Made by a program: the position numbers and the translations under genes. From positions 32,001 through 96,000 of the forward strand of contig CAVYGN010000002.1 in the NCBI GenBank assembly GCA_963768055.1: 64,000 nt of DNA, written 5' to 3'. How positions within the stretch are numbered: the stretch's first letter is position 1; each line of letters begins with the position of its first letter. Under the pieces are notes generated by a model that saw only the letters and a list, made by a program, of their open reading frames with translations, was not told the DNA's origin and did no database searches. Source of the stretch: an uncultured Spirochaetota bacterium. GTDB taxonomy: Bacteria; Spirochaetota; Brevinematia; Brevinematales; JAOACQ01. Positions 40,229 to 50,369 of the stretch are shown one piece after another.

Positions 40229-41044
40229 TTATTCTTCGATTTTACGAAGGTCCGGAAATTTAATATAACTGATGAATTCATGGGTAAATTCCAGGAGGTC
40301 GACAAGAGCGTCCTTCGCTTTCAGGCCCTCTATCATTGAATTTACCCCTTTTATTTCCACAATTTTTTCCGGCTCCATGAAAACCTTTTCCCCTTCCTTT
40401 TCACAGCGAAAAATATCCTCGATAAAATCCTGGATTGCAAAGAGAAAAATGCCAGTTTTCATTATTATATCCCTATATCCCTTATTTTGCACCTTTATCA
40501 GCCTTTCTTTATATTCATTGTTCTTAACGGATTCAGCGGCTACTATCTGTTCAAGAACATTCCCGTAATCTTGAAGGATCCGGATGATCTGATTGTAATG
40601 GTTAAAAAAGCTGTCTCTCTGGTAGGCATGCCCGTAATCGAGTTTCAGGTTCTGCTCGCTTAAAAGTCCCATATACTCGGTTCCGAAATAATTCAAAAAA
40701 GCCCAGATAGTGTTAATATCCTGGCTTTTAGAATAGTCGTTCAATTTTACAATGGGAATGTTTCTCAAAATTTTGTATTTTGTCATATCCTGGATCTGAG
40801 AGTTTTCCAAATAATCCCTCAATTCATCAAAAGTAATATGATATTTCGCCATTTCATCCTCGGCGAATTTACCGGTCTGCAGTTTCTTGATATCTTTTTC
40901 GATTTCATTTACTGATTTTAAAACGTTTTCCTTTTTTTTCCGGTCTGCAGAACTTGAATATATCACCTCGAATTTTCTCTGTGTCTGGACCAGCCTGTCG
41001 GCAATATAATCTCTGGCCTTTACAATCAGGGCAGCGTTTGTCAT
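40229..41044 (-). CDS. Hypothetical protein
   Basis: ORF co-oriented with neighbours; start at MTN after GGAGG. Confidence 0.7.
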   Translation of the reverse strand: MTNAALIVKARDYIADRLVQTQRKFEVIYSSSADRKKKENVLKSVNEIEKDIKKLQTGKFAEDEMAKYHITFDELRDYLENSQIQDMTKYKILRNIPIVKLNDYSKSQDINTIWAFLNYFGTEYMGLLSEQNLKLDYGHAYQRDSFFNHYNQIIRILQDYGNVLEQIVAAESVKNNEYKERLIKVQNKGYRDIIMKTGIFLFAIQDFIEDIFRCEKEGEKVFMEPEKIVEIKGVNSMIEGLKAKDALVDLLEFTHEFISYIKFPDLRKIEE

Positions 41045-41123
41045 CCCTCCCCCTCCCCCGGCCAAATTTAGCATTACCCGTTATTTTAAACCTAAACGGA
41101 TAAAATATCCATGTTTTTCCGAT

Positions 41124-43103
41124 CTACACGTTCCTCGACCTGGAAACACCCTTTATTTTTTCTTCCATCTCTTTAGCTTTCTCATATGGAGTAATCTTGA
41201 TCAGCCCTCCCTCCCTGTAAAAAGTAACAAACTTATATTCTGATTTTATTACAAGAGCTTCGTTCCTTATCTTGATCCTTACCCCCGGATAAACCGTTTT
41301 CGAACCCGAAATCCTGGCGTCTTTGGCGATACCCTCAAGATAATCGGCTAACTGTTTGACCCTGTCATCGATGCCTGATAATTCCTGCTTCATCTGGTTG
41401 TTTTTAACGGTAAGCTGATTGAACAGTTCCTGTTTTTCCGGCGGCAGAGGTCCGGTCGAAAGCATCATAGTCAGATTATTCAGCTGGAGGCTTATTTCCG
41501 GTAATTCTTTCTGGATAATTTCCTTCCTTTTATGCATATCTTCTATCTTGTTTTCCCCTTCAATGTCTATTCCCGCCTCAAGGACCGTTTCGGTATAAGC
41601 TTCCGCTCCAAGGAATTTCGCATTGATCTCAAAAAAGGCGGTTACCTTGCCTCCGGCGATCTGGGAGCGCTTGCCGCCGGCGCAGATGACTTTTTTCTTG
41701 CAGTAAATATTCGAATGCAGTATCGTTTCAGTCACGACCACATAACCTTCCGCCCTTACATTAGCCCGTTCGATGAATTTCGCATAAAGGTCCCCTGCGC
41801 AGACTATCTTGGCGACATCCTTTCCCTGGACGCCCTGGCGTACGACAATATTTCCTTCTGCCACCACATCCGCTTTGCCGATGTTACCCTTTATCTCGAC
41901 ATTCGCTCCCGAATAAACCTTGAATGTATCGTTAACATTTCCGTATATTATGACATTACCGGGAAAGTTAATATCGCCCGAAGTGAGGTCTACATCCCCG
42001 TTAATCTCCAGAATGGGCTCTACCTGTACCTTGTTGTTCTTGAATATTACCTGGCCGTTTATATCCGAAATGATCTGAAATCCATCGGGTGAAAGATGGG
42101 TGTTCGGACCCGAAGACATTTTAATGTCTTTTCCGTCCCTTGCCGGAATGATCCTTCCGGTAATGGTTTTTCCGGCCCTTCCCTTTTCCGGAGGTAATCT
42201 TGAAGCCAGGACCTGGCCTACGACTACGCTCTGAACATTATCCAGTTTATGGAAATCGACATTGCCGTCGTCCGAAACTTCAAATTTGACCGCTTCATTA
42301 TCGATCTTGAAATTATATTTTATCTGAGAATCCCTGCCTTCTACCGGCATTTCGCCCTCAGCTACGATTACAGGCATATTGTACAGCTCGTTTTCAACGG
42401 CGTTTACTATAGCGTCTTTTTTTATCCCTACCTGAACGTTCTTCGATCTGAGGGAGGATATGACCTCGTCTACATCTACAATTCTCCCGAATTTTTCCGG
42501 TTTGGTCATGGTCAGATAGGCCTTCATCTCATCCGGGGATATCTGGAGCTGGAAATGACTATCGAATTGAGAGGGGGTATAATCGCCTATCCTTACAGGT
42601 TTCTTTTTCGGGTGATCGGCTTCCCTCTTTACTGCATCCTCGTCATATTTCGTTATTTCATGATTCTGTAAATATCTGATAATTTCAGTTAATTCAACCT
42701 TCTTTCCCTTCCCCAGAGGGGCGTCAATTTCAAGGAAGATACCCTGGTTTGTAATCCTGACCTTAAAGCAACCGTCGCGATTTTTCTGTAATTCCTCTTC
42801 CCGCATCTCCTCTTTGAAGGTCTCATAAGCAAGAGGTTCCATACTTTTTTCCCTCTCGGCAATATAAACAAGGTACTTGTCGGGTTTCCTTCCCAAACCC
42901 ATCATCCCGCCGGTCCCTCTCTCAAGAACCTGGTATTGAAGATTGACTAAATTTTCATTCAAAGCCTTCGCGGCGCTTTTTAAGGCTTCTTCCGCAGAAT
43001 ACGCGTAAACCTCGATTTCCCGTTCCTGATATGATTCTTCCGATGCTTTGGAAATCCCTTCCTTTTCCTGGTCTTCTCCCAGTAAATCTTTCAACCTATC
43101 CAT
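41124..43103 (-). CDS. FapA/DUF342-family protein with Jag-like N-terminal segment
   Basis: EEAL..A...L...VLERG..G..GLG; DEMKAYL; G.VDF; GDVD..SGDINF.G; VYPGV.I.I. Confidence 0.85.
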   Translation of the reverse strand: MDRLKDLLGEDQEKEGISKASEESYQEREIEVYAYSAEEALKSAAKALNENLVNLQYQVLERGTGGMMGLGRKPDKYLVYIAEREKSMEPLAYETFKEEMREEELQKNRDGCFKVRITNQGIFLEIDAPLGKGKKVELTEIIRYLQNHEITKYDEDAVKREADHPKKKPVRIGDYTPSQFDSHFQLQISPDEMKAYLTMTKPEKFGRIVDVDEVISSLRSKNVQVGIKKDAIVNAVENELYNMPVIVAEGEMPVEGRDSQIKYNFKIDNEAVKFEVSDDGNVDFHKLDNVQSVVVGQVLASRLPPEKGRAGKTITGRIIPARDGKDIKMSSGPNTHLSPDGFQIISDINGQVIFKNNKVQVEPILEINGDVDLTSGDINFPGNVIIYGNVNDTFKVYSGANVEIKGNIGKADVVAEGNIVVRQGVQGKDVAKIVCAGDLYAKFIERANVRAEGYVVVTETILHSNIYCKKKVICAGGKRSQIAGGKVTAFFEINAKFLGAEAYTETVLEAGIDIEGENKIEDMHKRKEIIQKELPEISLQLNNLTMMLSTGPLPPEKQELFNQLTVKNNQMKQELSGIDDRVKQLADYLEGIAKDARISGSKTVYPGVRIKIRNEALVIKSEYKFVTFYREGGLIKITPYEKAKEMEEKIKGVSRSRNV

Positions 43104-43116
43104 ATATTACCTGCCC

Positions 43117-44463
43117 TTATTTGGGGTTCCTCCTCATAAAAGCGGGGGGTATGTTGATCTCCGACCTGTACTTAGCTACAGTCCTTCTGGATAATTGCAA
43201 TCCCTTTTTTTTGAATATCTGAACTATCCTGTCGTCACTCAAGGGATCGTCCTTGTCTTCAGCCTCGATGAAAGTCTTTAATATCTCCTTCACGCTTTTT
43301 GAGGAAGTTTCCTGGTTTCCTACATTGGATGAAAAAAAACTTTTCAGAGCGATCATCCCTTTGTTCGTCTGAATATACTTATCGCGCACTACCCTGCTGA
43401 CGGTTGATTCATGTATATCTAATTCATCGGCAATATCCTTTAATTTTAAAGGAATTTGGTATTGATACCCTTTTAAAAAATAATCTTTCTGCTTTTCCAT
43501 TATTTTTAAAATTACCTTGAAAATAATCTCTTTGCGCGACCGGAGATTTTCAATAAGCATCTTGGCGCTGTCTATGTTTTCCCTTAAAAAGCTCTTTTCA
43601 TCCTTGGAAAGCGATATCCTCCTGCCCTTGAATTCCTCGCTGGTGTACAGGTCTATATACTGTTTATTAAGCCTGATCTCCGGTATGTAATCATCATTCA
43701 GAACGAGATGTATGCCGTTCTTATCGATGTTCACATATGCGTCAGGAACAATGTACTGGGAAAAACCGCTTGAAAAACCTGCGGCGGGGACCATATTGAG
43801 CTTGCTGATATTTGCGATCGTTTCCTCTATTACATCGAAGGAAACCCCAAGTTCTTTAGATAATTTTGTAAACAATTTCTTTTCAAGAAGATCCTTGTAT
43901 TCATGGAGAATCCTGTATTCGAGGCTTTTTACCCCGAATTTTTCCATAGCCTGGAACTCCAGGTATTCCCTGGAATCGAAACAAGCGACGCCGATGGGAT
44001 CGATATGCATAATTATATTTCTGACCCTTTCAAAATCCTCAGGTTTGATCTTTCCATTATCTAAGAATTCCTCAAGTGGAATAGGCCTCATCATTCCCTT
44101 ATTGTCAGCTTTTTGAAGGAGCCCGTTGTCATTAACGCTTGATAAGATTATTCCTGCTATGTTTTTTTCCTCATCGTTCAGAGAAAGTTCGTTTACCTGT
44201 TCCATCATGTATTTATAAAGGCTTTCGTCGAAAACCGATAAATTTTCAAGGTAAGCCTGGCTGTCAAAACCGGAATTTTTTGAACGGACCCTGCTCCTGT
44301 TGTAATCCGGTTTTTTCTTTTCAAGTTTTATTACGGGGTTGAGTTTCGCTTCCTCTTCAAGTTTTTCCTTGAGCTCCATACCAGGCATCATCACCAGTCC
44401 GAGGGTCTGTATCATTACGGGTGAAATGATCTGACGCTGCTCCTGGTTGATTTCCATCCTCAT
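43117..44463 (-). CDS. rpoN: RNA polymerase sigma-54 factor
   Basis: DPIGV, PL.LKDIA..L.IHESTVSR, PLSD, RpoN box RRTVAKYR. Confidence 0.95.
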   Translation of the reverse strand: MRMEINQEQRQIISPVMIQTLGLVMMPGMELKEKLEEEAKLNPVIKLEKKKPDYNRSRVRSKNSGFDSQAYLENLSVFDESLYKYMMEQVNELSLNDEEKNIAGIILSSVNDNGLLQKADNKGMMRPIPLEEFLDNGKIKPEDFERVRNIIMHIDPIGVACFDSREYLEFQAMEKFGVKSLEYRILHEYKDLLEKKLFTKLSKELGVSFDVIEETIANISKLNMVPAAGFSSGFSQYIVPDAYVNIDKNGIHLVLNDDYIPEIRLNKQYIDLYTSEEFKGRRISLSKDEKSFLRENIDSAKMLIENLRSRKEIIFKVILKIMEKQKDYFLKGYQYQIPLKLKDIADELDIHESTVSRVVRDKYIQTNKGMIALKSFFSSNVGNQETSSKSVKEILKTFIEAEDKDDPLSDDRIVQIFKKKGLQLSRRTVAKYRSEINIPPAFMRRNPK

Positions 44464-44622
44464 ATTTATAAGGTTATCTCCTCTGCCGTTATTAAGGCTG
44501 TTCTAATAACTCAAGAATATTGCCCTTCCAGGACAAGCCCTTTACACAAACAGCTTAGTGTAAAACCTGTTATATTTGCCCTAGAAATTCATTCCATTCA
44601 TTTTTAAACCATTCGAAGAAAA

Positions 44623-44768
44623 TGTCAAGGGTTCGACAGTCGACATCGGTAGTCAACAATCGAATGTCAATAGTATAATCAATACTCAATAGGTGAAAAC
44701 ATGACTGTAGACTGCCGACTAATGACTCCTGACCGGCTTTCGACTGCCGACCCCTGACTGTCGACTCG
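44623..44768. repeat. 7-mer-periodic tandem inverted repeat
   Basis: Left GTTCGAC AGTCGAC..AGTCAAC AATCGAA TGTCAAT; right GACTGTA GACTGCC GACTAAT GACTCCT..GACTGCC GACCCCT GACTGTC GACT. Confidence 0.75.
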
Positions 44769-44828
44769 TTAATAGACATTTTTTTTATAAAAATATATAA
44801 TAAATATCGTTTTGTTTCGGGGGATTGA

Positions 44829-46025
44829 ATGAAAGTGCTCGTTATCAATTGCGGCAGTTCGTCGCTTAAATACCAGCTTATAGCTACTGAAAATGAATTC
44901 GTCATAACAAAGGGAATTATTGAAAAGATCGGCTGCGGGCCTGAGTACACTTATACTTCGAAGCAGGGAGAAAAGATCAGAAAGACAGTCATTGCAGAAA
45001 ACCATACCGAGGCTGTGCGCGTCGTAATCGATAATCTTATAAGCCCGGAAAACGGTTTCATATCTTCCCTGAACGATATCGAAGCAATCGGCCACAGGGT
45101 TGTCCATGGAGGAGAGGAATTTTATTCGTCAGTCCTTATCACGGACCAGGTCCTGGAATCCGTTGAAAAATTCTCCGAACTGGCTCCTCTGCACAATCCC
45201 CCGAACATTCAAGGCATCCTTTCCTGCATGGAGGTCCTTCCTGGAACAAGGCAGGTCGCGGTCTTCGATACCGCGTTTCACCAGACAATGCCTGAAAGCT
45301 CTTATATTTATCCGCTTCCCTACGAATATTATGAAAAATACAGGATCAGGCGTTACGGCTTTCATGGAACATCGCACTCCTACACTTCGAAAAAAGCCGC
45401 GCTTTTCATGGGCATACCGCTGGAAAAATTCAACTGTATAACCTGCCATCTGGGTAACGGATCAAGCGTTACAGCGATCAGGAACGGTAAATCCGTTGAT
45501 ACATCGATGGGTTATACCCCTCTCGAAGGACTTCCCATGGGGACACGGTCCGGGTCTATCGATCCGGCAATAGCTTTTACCCTGATGCAGAGGGAAAATC
45601 TCTCAGCCATGCAGATCAATGATATCTACAACCGTAAAAGCGGGCTTTTAGGCATATCCGGGGTTTCGAATGACCTTCGGGATATTAACGAAGCCGCTTC
45701 GAAAGGGAACAAGCGGGCTGCTTTAGCCAAGGATATTCTCGTTAAAGGAATACGGAAATATATAGGCAGTTATATGGTTGAACTTGGAAGGGTGGACGCT
45801 ATAATATTCACTGCCGGGATAGGTGAAAACGAGGGTTACATAAGGGAACAATGCATGGAAAACCTCGAAGAATTCGGCATTAAGCTCGATAAGAGCCTTA
45901 ACGATTCAATAAGGGCTAAACTAGCCTATATTAACACCCCGGATTCCAGGATAAAAATCCTCATAGTCCCGACAAACGAGGAACTTATGATAGCTATTGA
46001 AACCGAGTCGGTTCTAAGAAAATAA
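44829..46025 (+). CDS. ackA: Acetate kinase
   Basis: INCGSSSLK, GHRVVHGG, APLHNP, RYGFHG, HLGNG, FTAGIGEN, PTNEE. Confidence 0.97.
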   Translation: MKVLVINCGSSSLKYQLIATENEFVITKGIIEKIGCGPEYTYTSKQGEKIRKTVIAENHTEAVRVVIDNLISPENGFISSLNDIEAIGHRVVHGGEEFYSSVLITDQVLESVEKFSELAPLHNPPNIQGILSCMEVLPGTRQVAVFDTAFHQTMPESSYIYPLPYEYYEKYRIRRYGFHGTSHSYTSKKAALFMGIPLEKFNCITCHLGNGSSVTAIRNGKSVDTSMGYTPLEGLPMGTRSGSIDPAIAFTLMQRENLSAMQINDIYNRKSGLLGISGVSNDLRDINEAASKGNKRAALAKDILVKGIRKYIGSYMVELGRVDAIIFTAGIGENEGYIREQCMENLEEFGIKLDKSLNDSIRAKLAYINTPDSRIKILIVPTNEELMIAIETESVLRK

Positions 46026-46158
46026 AGAAACGGTATTCCGCTAAGCCGCGCCAAGGCTGTAAACCCGGATTCGCAGGTAGATTTTCCATTACAATTTATT
46101 TTTTGATAATTCATTTATTCGCGTGTCTTGGCGGATAATCTCCGGTTGAGGTCTTAAC

Positions 46159-46842
46159 ATGAGTATACGGGATAACATAGACAGGGTCAGGGAAATCATC
46201 GAGAACAAAAAGAACAGCCTGGGCCTGCATTACGATATCTCCATCGTAGCTGTATCGAAAAACATGCCATCTTCATATATAATCGAAGCGGCGGCAGCCG
46301 GTATATCCCATATCGGGGAAAACCGCGTCCAGGAGGCCGAAAAAAAGTTCGCGCTTATCAAAGACCTTTCGATTACAAAACATATGGTGGGGCACCTGCA
46401 GGAAAATAAGGCCTTAAAGGCCGCGGTAATTTTCGACATGGTCCAGTCTATAGATAACCCTGACATAGCTGAAAAACTCGATAAAAAATGCGCCGGTCTT
46501 GGAAAAATCATGCCGGTCCTTATAGAGGTAAACACTTCCGGAGAAAAGTCTAAATTCGGCGTCAGACCGGAAGAAGCCGGAGATCTTGCAGCCGCAATTA
46601 CCGGGCTCGGTTCGCTAAAGCTTTCAGGGCTTATGACAATAGGCCCCCTGGGCGATGACCCGGCCGAAACAAGAAAGTCGTTCAGGACCCTATATTCTTT
46701 AAGGGAAAGTCTTGCCGTTTCAATAAAGGCCACGGAACTCCCATTCCTTTCAATGGGTATGAGCGGCGATTTCGAGATAGCTATTGAAGAAGGCTCGAAT
46801 ATGCTAAGACTCGGCCGCGTCATTTTCGGAGATAGGGTATAG
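46159..46842 (+). CDS. yggS: PLP homeostasis protein, YggS family
   Basis: VAVSK, GENRVQE, H.VGHLQ.NK, GLMTI, LSMGMS.DF. Confidence 0.93.
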   Translation: MSIRDNIDRVREIIENKKNSLGLHYDISIVAVSKNMPSSYIIEAAAAGISHIGENRVQEAEKKFALIKDLSITKHMVGHLQENKALKAAVIFDMVQSIDNPDIAEKLDKKCAGLGKIMPVLIEVNTSGEKSKFGVRPEEAGDLAAAITGLGSLKLSGLMTIGPLGDDPAETRKSFRTLYSLRESLAVSIKATELPFLSMGMSGDFEIAIEEGSNMLRLGRVIFGDRV

Positions 46843-47018
46843 GAACCACAGATTACGCAGATGGCACAGATAACTTTATGGCTGGCAGGAAAAGGAACGG
46901 ATTTGGTGGCGTTTTTCCGGATGGGAAATCGGTCATTTGAATGCTTGGAGTGTTATTATTTAATATGGATTTCACAGAAATTAATCCGTGAAATCTGTGA
47001 AATCAGTGGTTCCGATCC
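46842..47018. repeat. 9-mer-periodic tandem inverted repeat element with a short spacer
   Basis: GGAAC CACAGATTA CGCAGATGG CACAGATAA ... TAATCCGTG AAATCTGTG AAATCAGTG GTTCCGATCC. Confidence 0.8.
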
Positions 47019-47022
47019 TTAA

Positions 47023-48297
47023 TCAATCCTTCCGCCTGAGGATATTATAGTTTTCAAGCTCGACATCGTCTTCCCATGTCAGGGTGAACTCATCGCCGGC
47101 ACGGACTCTTTCAATCGGTTTTCCATCCTTCTCAAAGAAATATTTCATTATAATTTTATCAGGAAACTGTTTTCCGATGATATCAAGAGGACCACCCTGA
47201 TCGATGCGGTTCATGGCTTTAACAACGGCCTTTTTAGGCCCGCCCTTTCCAGGACTTTCCTTTTCAAGCACATGACCCAGGTATGTGAATTTTCTTATAT
47301 ATCCGCTGTCAGAAGTAGGGGCGAGGGCTTCGTTTTCATTAAAATAAAACCCGGTGGAATATTCCCTATGGCTCACATTCTCCAGCTCTGAGAGGACCCC
47401 GCGATCCGGGGTTTTGCCTTCTGCCATTGCGTCGATGCAGTGCCTGTAAACCCTGGTTACGTCAGAAACATAATAAATGCTCTTCATCCTTCCTTCGATT
47501 TTAAAAGCGTCAATACCAGCTTCCCTTAACCTGTCAAGGCGGGCCGAGAGGTTCAAATCGCGGGAACTTAAGATCGCCGTGCCTGCCGCCGCACTTTCCT
47601 CGACAGGTAATAGCGAGTTTTTTCTCGTAGATTCCACAAGAAAATACTGCCACCTGCAAGATTGCGAGCAGTCCCCCAGATTGGCGTCGCGGGTTTTCTC
47701 TTTTTTCATGGAGGAAGGCTTTTCACCCGGTTTATAAATAGACCGGTTTGTAAGATAATTGGAAACCAGGCACCGGCCGGAATAGGAAATGCACATCGCC
47801 CCATGGACGAACGCCTCGAGCTCGATACCAACGCTATCCCTTATTCTTTTTATCTCCCCGATCCCGAGTTCCCTCGCGAGAATAATTCTCTTTACGCCCA
47901 GTCTTTCATAAAAAAGAGCGCTTTCACTATTCGTCGTATTTGCCTGAGTGCTGATATGAACCGGAATTTCAGAGTATTTGTCCCTTACGTATGAGACCGC
48001 TCCAATATCTGATATGACTAACCCGTCGAGGGCTACATCCCGGATTTCCGATAAAAATTCTTTGAACTGCCTCATCTGGGCGTCGTGAAAAAATATATTC
48101 GCTGCCAGGTATATCTTTTTACCGATCGAGTGAGCGTATTTGACGCCGGTGCTTAATTCTTCAGGCGTGAAATTTGCAGCCCCTTCACGGAGTGAAAATG
48201 ATTTTGCGCCGAGGTATGCGGCGTCCGCACCGTATTCAAAAGCGAATTTGAGCTTTTCAGGACTCCCGGCAGGAGAAACTAGTTCGATGGGTTTCAT
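47023..48297 (-). CDS. Peptidase U32 family protein (TrhP/YegQ-like)
   Basis: ELVSPAG, GADA.Y.G, H.STQAN, LAREL, HGAMCISYSGRC, C.Q.CR, KIEGRMK. Confidence 0.9.
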   Translation of the reverse strand: MKPIELVSPAGSPEKLKFAFEYGADAAYLGAKSFSLREGAANFTPEELSTGVKYAHSIGKKIYLAANIFFHDAQMRQFKEFLSEIRDVALDGLVISDIGAVSYVRDKYSEIPVHISTQANTTNSESALFYERLGVKRIILARELGIGEIKRIRDSVGIELEAFVHGAMCISYSGRCLVSNYLTNRSIYKPGEKPSSMKKEKTRDANLGDCSQSCRWQYFLVESTRKNSLLPVEESAAAGTAILSSRDLNLSARLDRLREAGIDAFKIEGRMKSIYYVSDVTRVYRHCIDAMAEGKTPDRGVLSELENVSHREYSTGFYFNENEALAPTSDSGYIRKFTYLGHVLEKESPGKGGPKKAVVKAMNRIDQGGPLDIIGKQFPDKIIMKYFFEKDGKPIERVRAGDEFTLTWEDDVELENYNILRRKD

Positions 48298-48354
48298 ATA
48301 AGTAATTATACCATATTTTCAATATTTACGTGCAAATTTATTCTATTTTTGCTT

Positions 48355-48778
48355 TTAAAAGGCGAATCCGATATCAAGACCTGATGTGAACAGCATGCTC
48401 TCCTGGAAAGCGCCGCACGAGTTTGAAGAGCCCGTCTGAACCAGACCGCCTGCCGTTATTACATAGAGAAATCCCCCCTTGAGGCAGAGAAAAATATTTT
48501 CCGTAAAATATATCGACAAGTCGATTCGTGCGATCCCGCATAGGCCCGCACTGTAACCCTTGAATTGTAAACTCCTGAGTAAGTGATCATCGGTGTCTGA
48601 ACAGTAAACAGGGGAAATACCGGCTCCCTATCTCGTAAAGGGTAAACCCGTACATCCATTCCCCGCCGGTCTCTATATTAAACGAATTTATGTTTTCGTC
48701 ATCCGAGCTGAATCCGGCTGCCGGGGAAGCAGCAAACAGAGTGATTATTAATAATACTGAAAATAACAGCAATTTCAT
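48355..48778 (-). pseudogene. Degraded exported/outer-membrane protein gene
   Basis: Signal peptide MKLLLFSVLLIITLFAASPA; reading continues across several frames and ends ...TSGLDIGFAF*. Confidence 0.45.
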
Positions 48779-48947
48779 TGATCATTCCTGCAGCTTCATT
48801 GGTAAGCTGTTATTTTATAACTAACAAAGCAAATAATCAAATAAGATTGTCAAGTTCGATATATCAAAATTGATAAAACCAGGGTCCAGGTCTTAAATTG
48901 ATTTTAACCAATTCTTTTACCCGCATCAATTAGCATGTTATTCACAT

Positions 48948-48963
48948 TGGCATATAATTTGCT
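48948..48963 (+). promoter_or_regulatory. Sigma-54 (-24/-12) promoter
   Basis: TGGCATATAATTTGCT: GG-N10-GC, about 30 bp before the ATG at 48993. Confidence 0.7.
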
Positions 48964-48992
48964 AATATAAATTATAATCAAAGGAGGCTTTT

Positions 48993-49625
48993 ATGAAGAA
49001 AATATTTATTTTAATAGGGCTGATAACTGCTGCCGCAGCGGCCTATGCGGATGAAGAGGTTACAAATTATTCTTCTTTCCAACCTTCAACGGTTTTCGAC
49101 ACGAGTACGGTATTAGGCTTCTACGGCAGCCCGATTTTGCAGGGTTCATATATAGGCGGAAATTACTATTACGGGGGGGGCGTCGAGGGAGGCTTGATAA
49201 TTAACCACTGGCTTGTAATCGGTATCGAAGGAAAAGGATTTGCAAAGCCTATCGTATCGCCGTCAGGTAATGATATCGTATACGGCTGGGGAGGGCTTAT
49301 GCTGGGTTTTATTGTTATGCCCGAAGAATTAGTCCATCCTTATATAAAAGCCGTGATCGGGGGCGGGAGCATCGCCGAGTTTTCGGGAAACTGGTATAAT
49401 CAGGGTAATTATTCGGGATCCAGCGAAACTAATTTGCTTCAATCGGCAAATTTCTTTTCAATGGAAGGCGAACTTGGCATAGAGATCAATGTAATCAAAT
49501 GGATGAGAATCGATATATACGGCGGTTATCATTACATCTACGGGCCTTTGGCCTTCGACGGCTTGACCGATAAAGACTTCATAAGTTATGACGTGGGTGT
49601 GAAATTCGAATTCGGAAGATTCTAG
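48993..49625 (+). CDS. Putative outer-membrane beta-barrel protein
   Basis: Signal peptide ending AYA; Gly/aromatic strands; C-terminal VGVKFEFGRF. Confidence 0.7.
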   Translation: MKKIFILIGLITAAAAAYADEEVTNYSSFQPSTVFDTSTVLGFYGSPILQGSYIGGNYYYGGGVEGGLIINHWLVIGIEGKGFAKPIVSPSGNDIVYGWGGLMLGFIVMPEELVHPYIKAVIGGGSIAEFSGNWYNQGNYSGSSETNLLQSANFFSMEGELGIEINVIKWMRIDIYGGYHYIYGPLAFDGLTDKDFISYDVGVKFEFGRF

Positions 49626-49766
49626 GAATCAACTGCAGAGGAAATATATGAAATTACACGTTGACATAATGAAACAGAGGATTTTTGAGGAAAAATTCAA
49701 CTGTCATTTCTTCCAGCTATTCGGTAACAATAATAAAAATTATATAGATAAGAACGGCTCCTATCC

Positions 49767-49812
49767 TGCGGCGCCGATTCAGCAGACACAATATGCTGAC
49801 GGCGCCGGCAGA
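49767..49812. other. Long GC-rich hairpin between convergent genes (terminator or REP-like)
   Basis: CTGCGGCGCCG.TCAGCA..TGCTGACGGCGCCGGCAG; no U-tract. Confidence 0.45.
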
Positions 49813-49841
49813 AGCCGGTTATAACCAAAGCCTACCGCATT

Positions 49842-50270
49842 TCAGGCCGGTATGCCTAGGTTTGTTTCTTTGCAGGCGTCTGTTATAACACCGGTTTCTC
49901 CGGTTATCGCTCTTTTCCATTCGGCTAATTTATTTATCAAGCGGCAGCTTATCATGTTGTAAGGGCTTGCTATATCTTTTATGATACCTTCCGCGTCCTC
50001 TTTTCTGTTCGACCTGACAAGGTCGATGATTTCTTTAACTTTCAAATGGAATTCCGAATGCATATTTTTAACTTGTTTATAGAATTCATTTGATTTATCT
50101 TCTTCGCTCAATGTATCGCCGTAAAGCCATTTCCCGAATTTGCAATTGTTATCGGTGCCCGCCTTCTCAGGATCTATATCTGAATCCTTGCCGTTTATCA
50201 GGTCCCTGAGCCTCTGCTTCCAGGAGCCATGGGCAATTATCGCGGCATTTATTTCATCCTTGTTTACCAT
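49842..50270 (-). CDS. Stand-alone CZB (chemoreceptor zinc-binding) domain protein
   Basis: AH..WK, C.FGKWL, H..FH (3His-1Cys). Confidence 0.88.
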   Translation of the reverse strand: MVNKDEINAAIIAHGSWKQRLRDLINGKDSDIDPEKAGTDNNCKFGKWLYGDTLSEEDKSNEFYKQVKNMHSEFHLKVKEIIDLVRSNRKEDAEGIIKDIASPYNMISCRLINKLAEWKRAITGETGVITDACKETNLGIPA

Positions 50271-50369
50271 AAAACACCCCCATGATCTTAATTATTTAAT
50301 ATATTTAATATATATATTTAATATTAATATATTTTCCCATTTAATCAATACTCCATGATTTTCGTAAAT

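Noticed and set aside
44570..44950. 126-aa ORF opposite the ackA start
   Set aside because: Translation of the 7-mer repeats plus antisense ackA; no protein features.
46230..46823. Long antisense ORFs, such as 197 aa opposite yggS and 186 aa opposite fapA
   Set aside because: Shadows of well-supported genes, with no motifs of their own.
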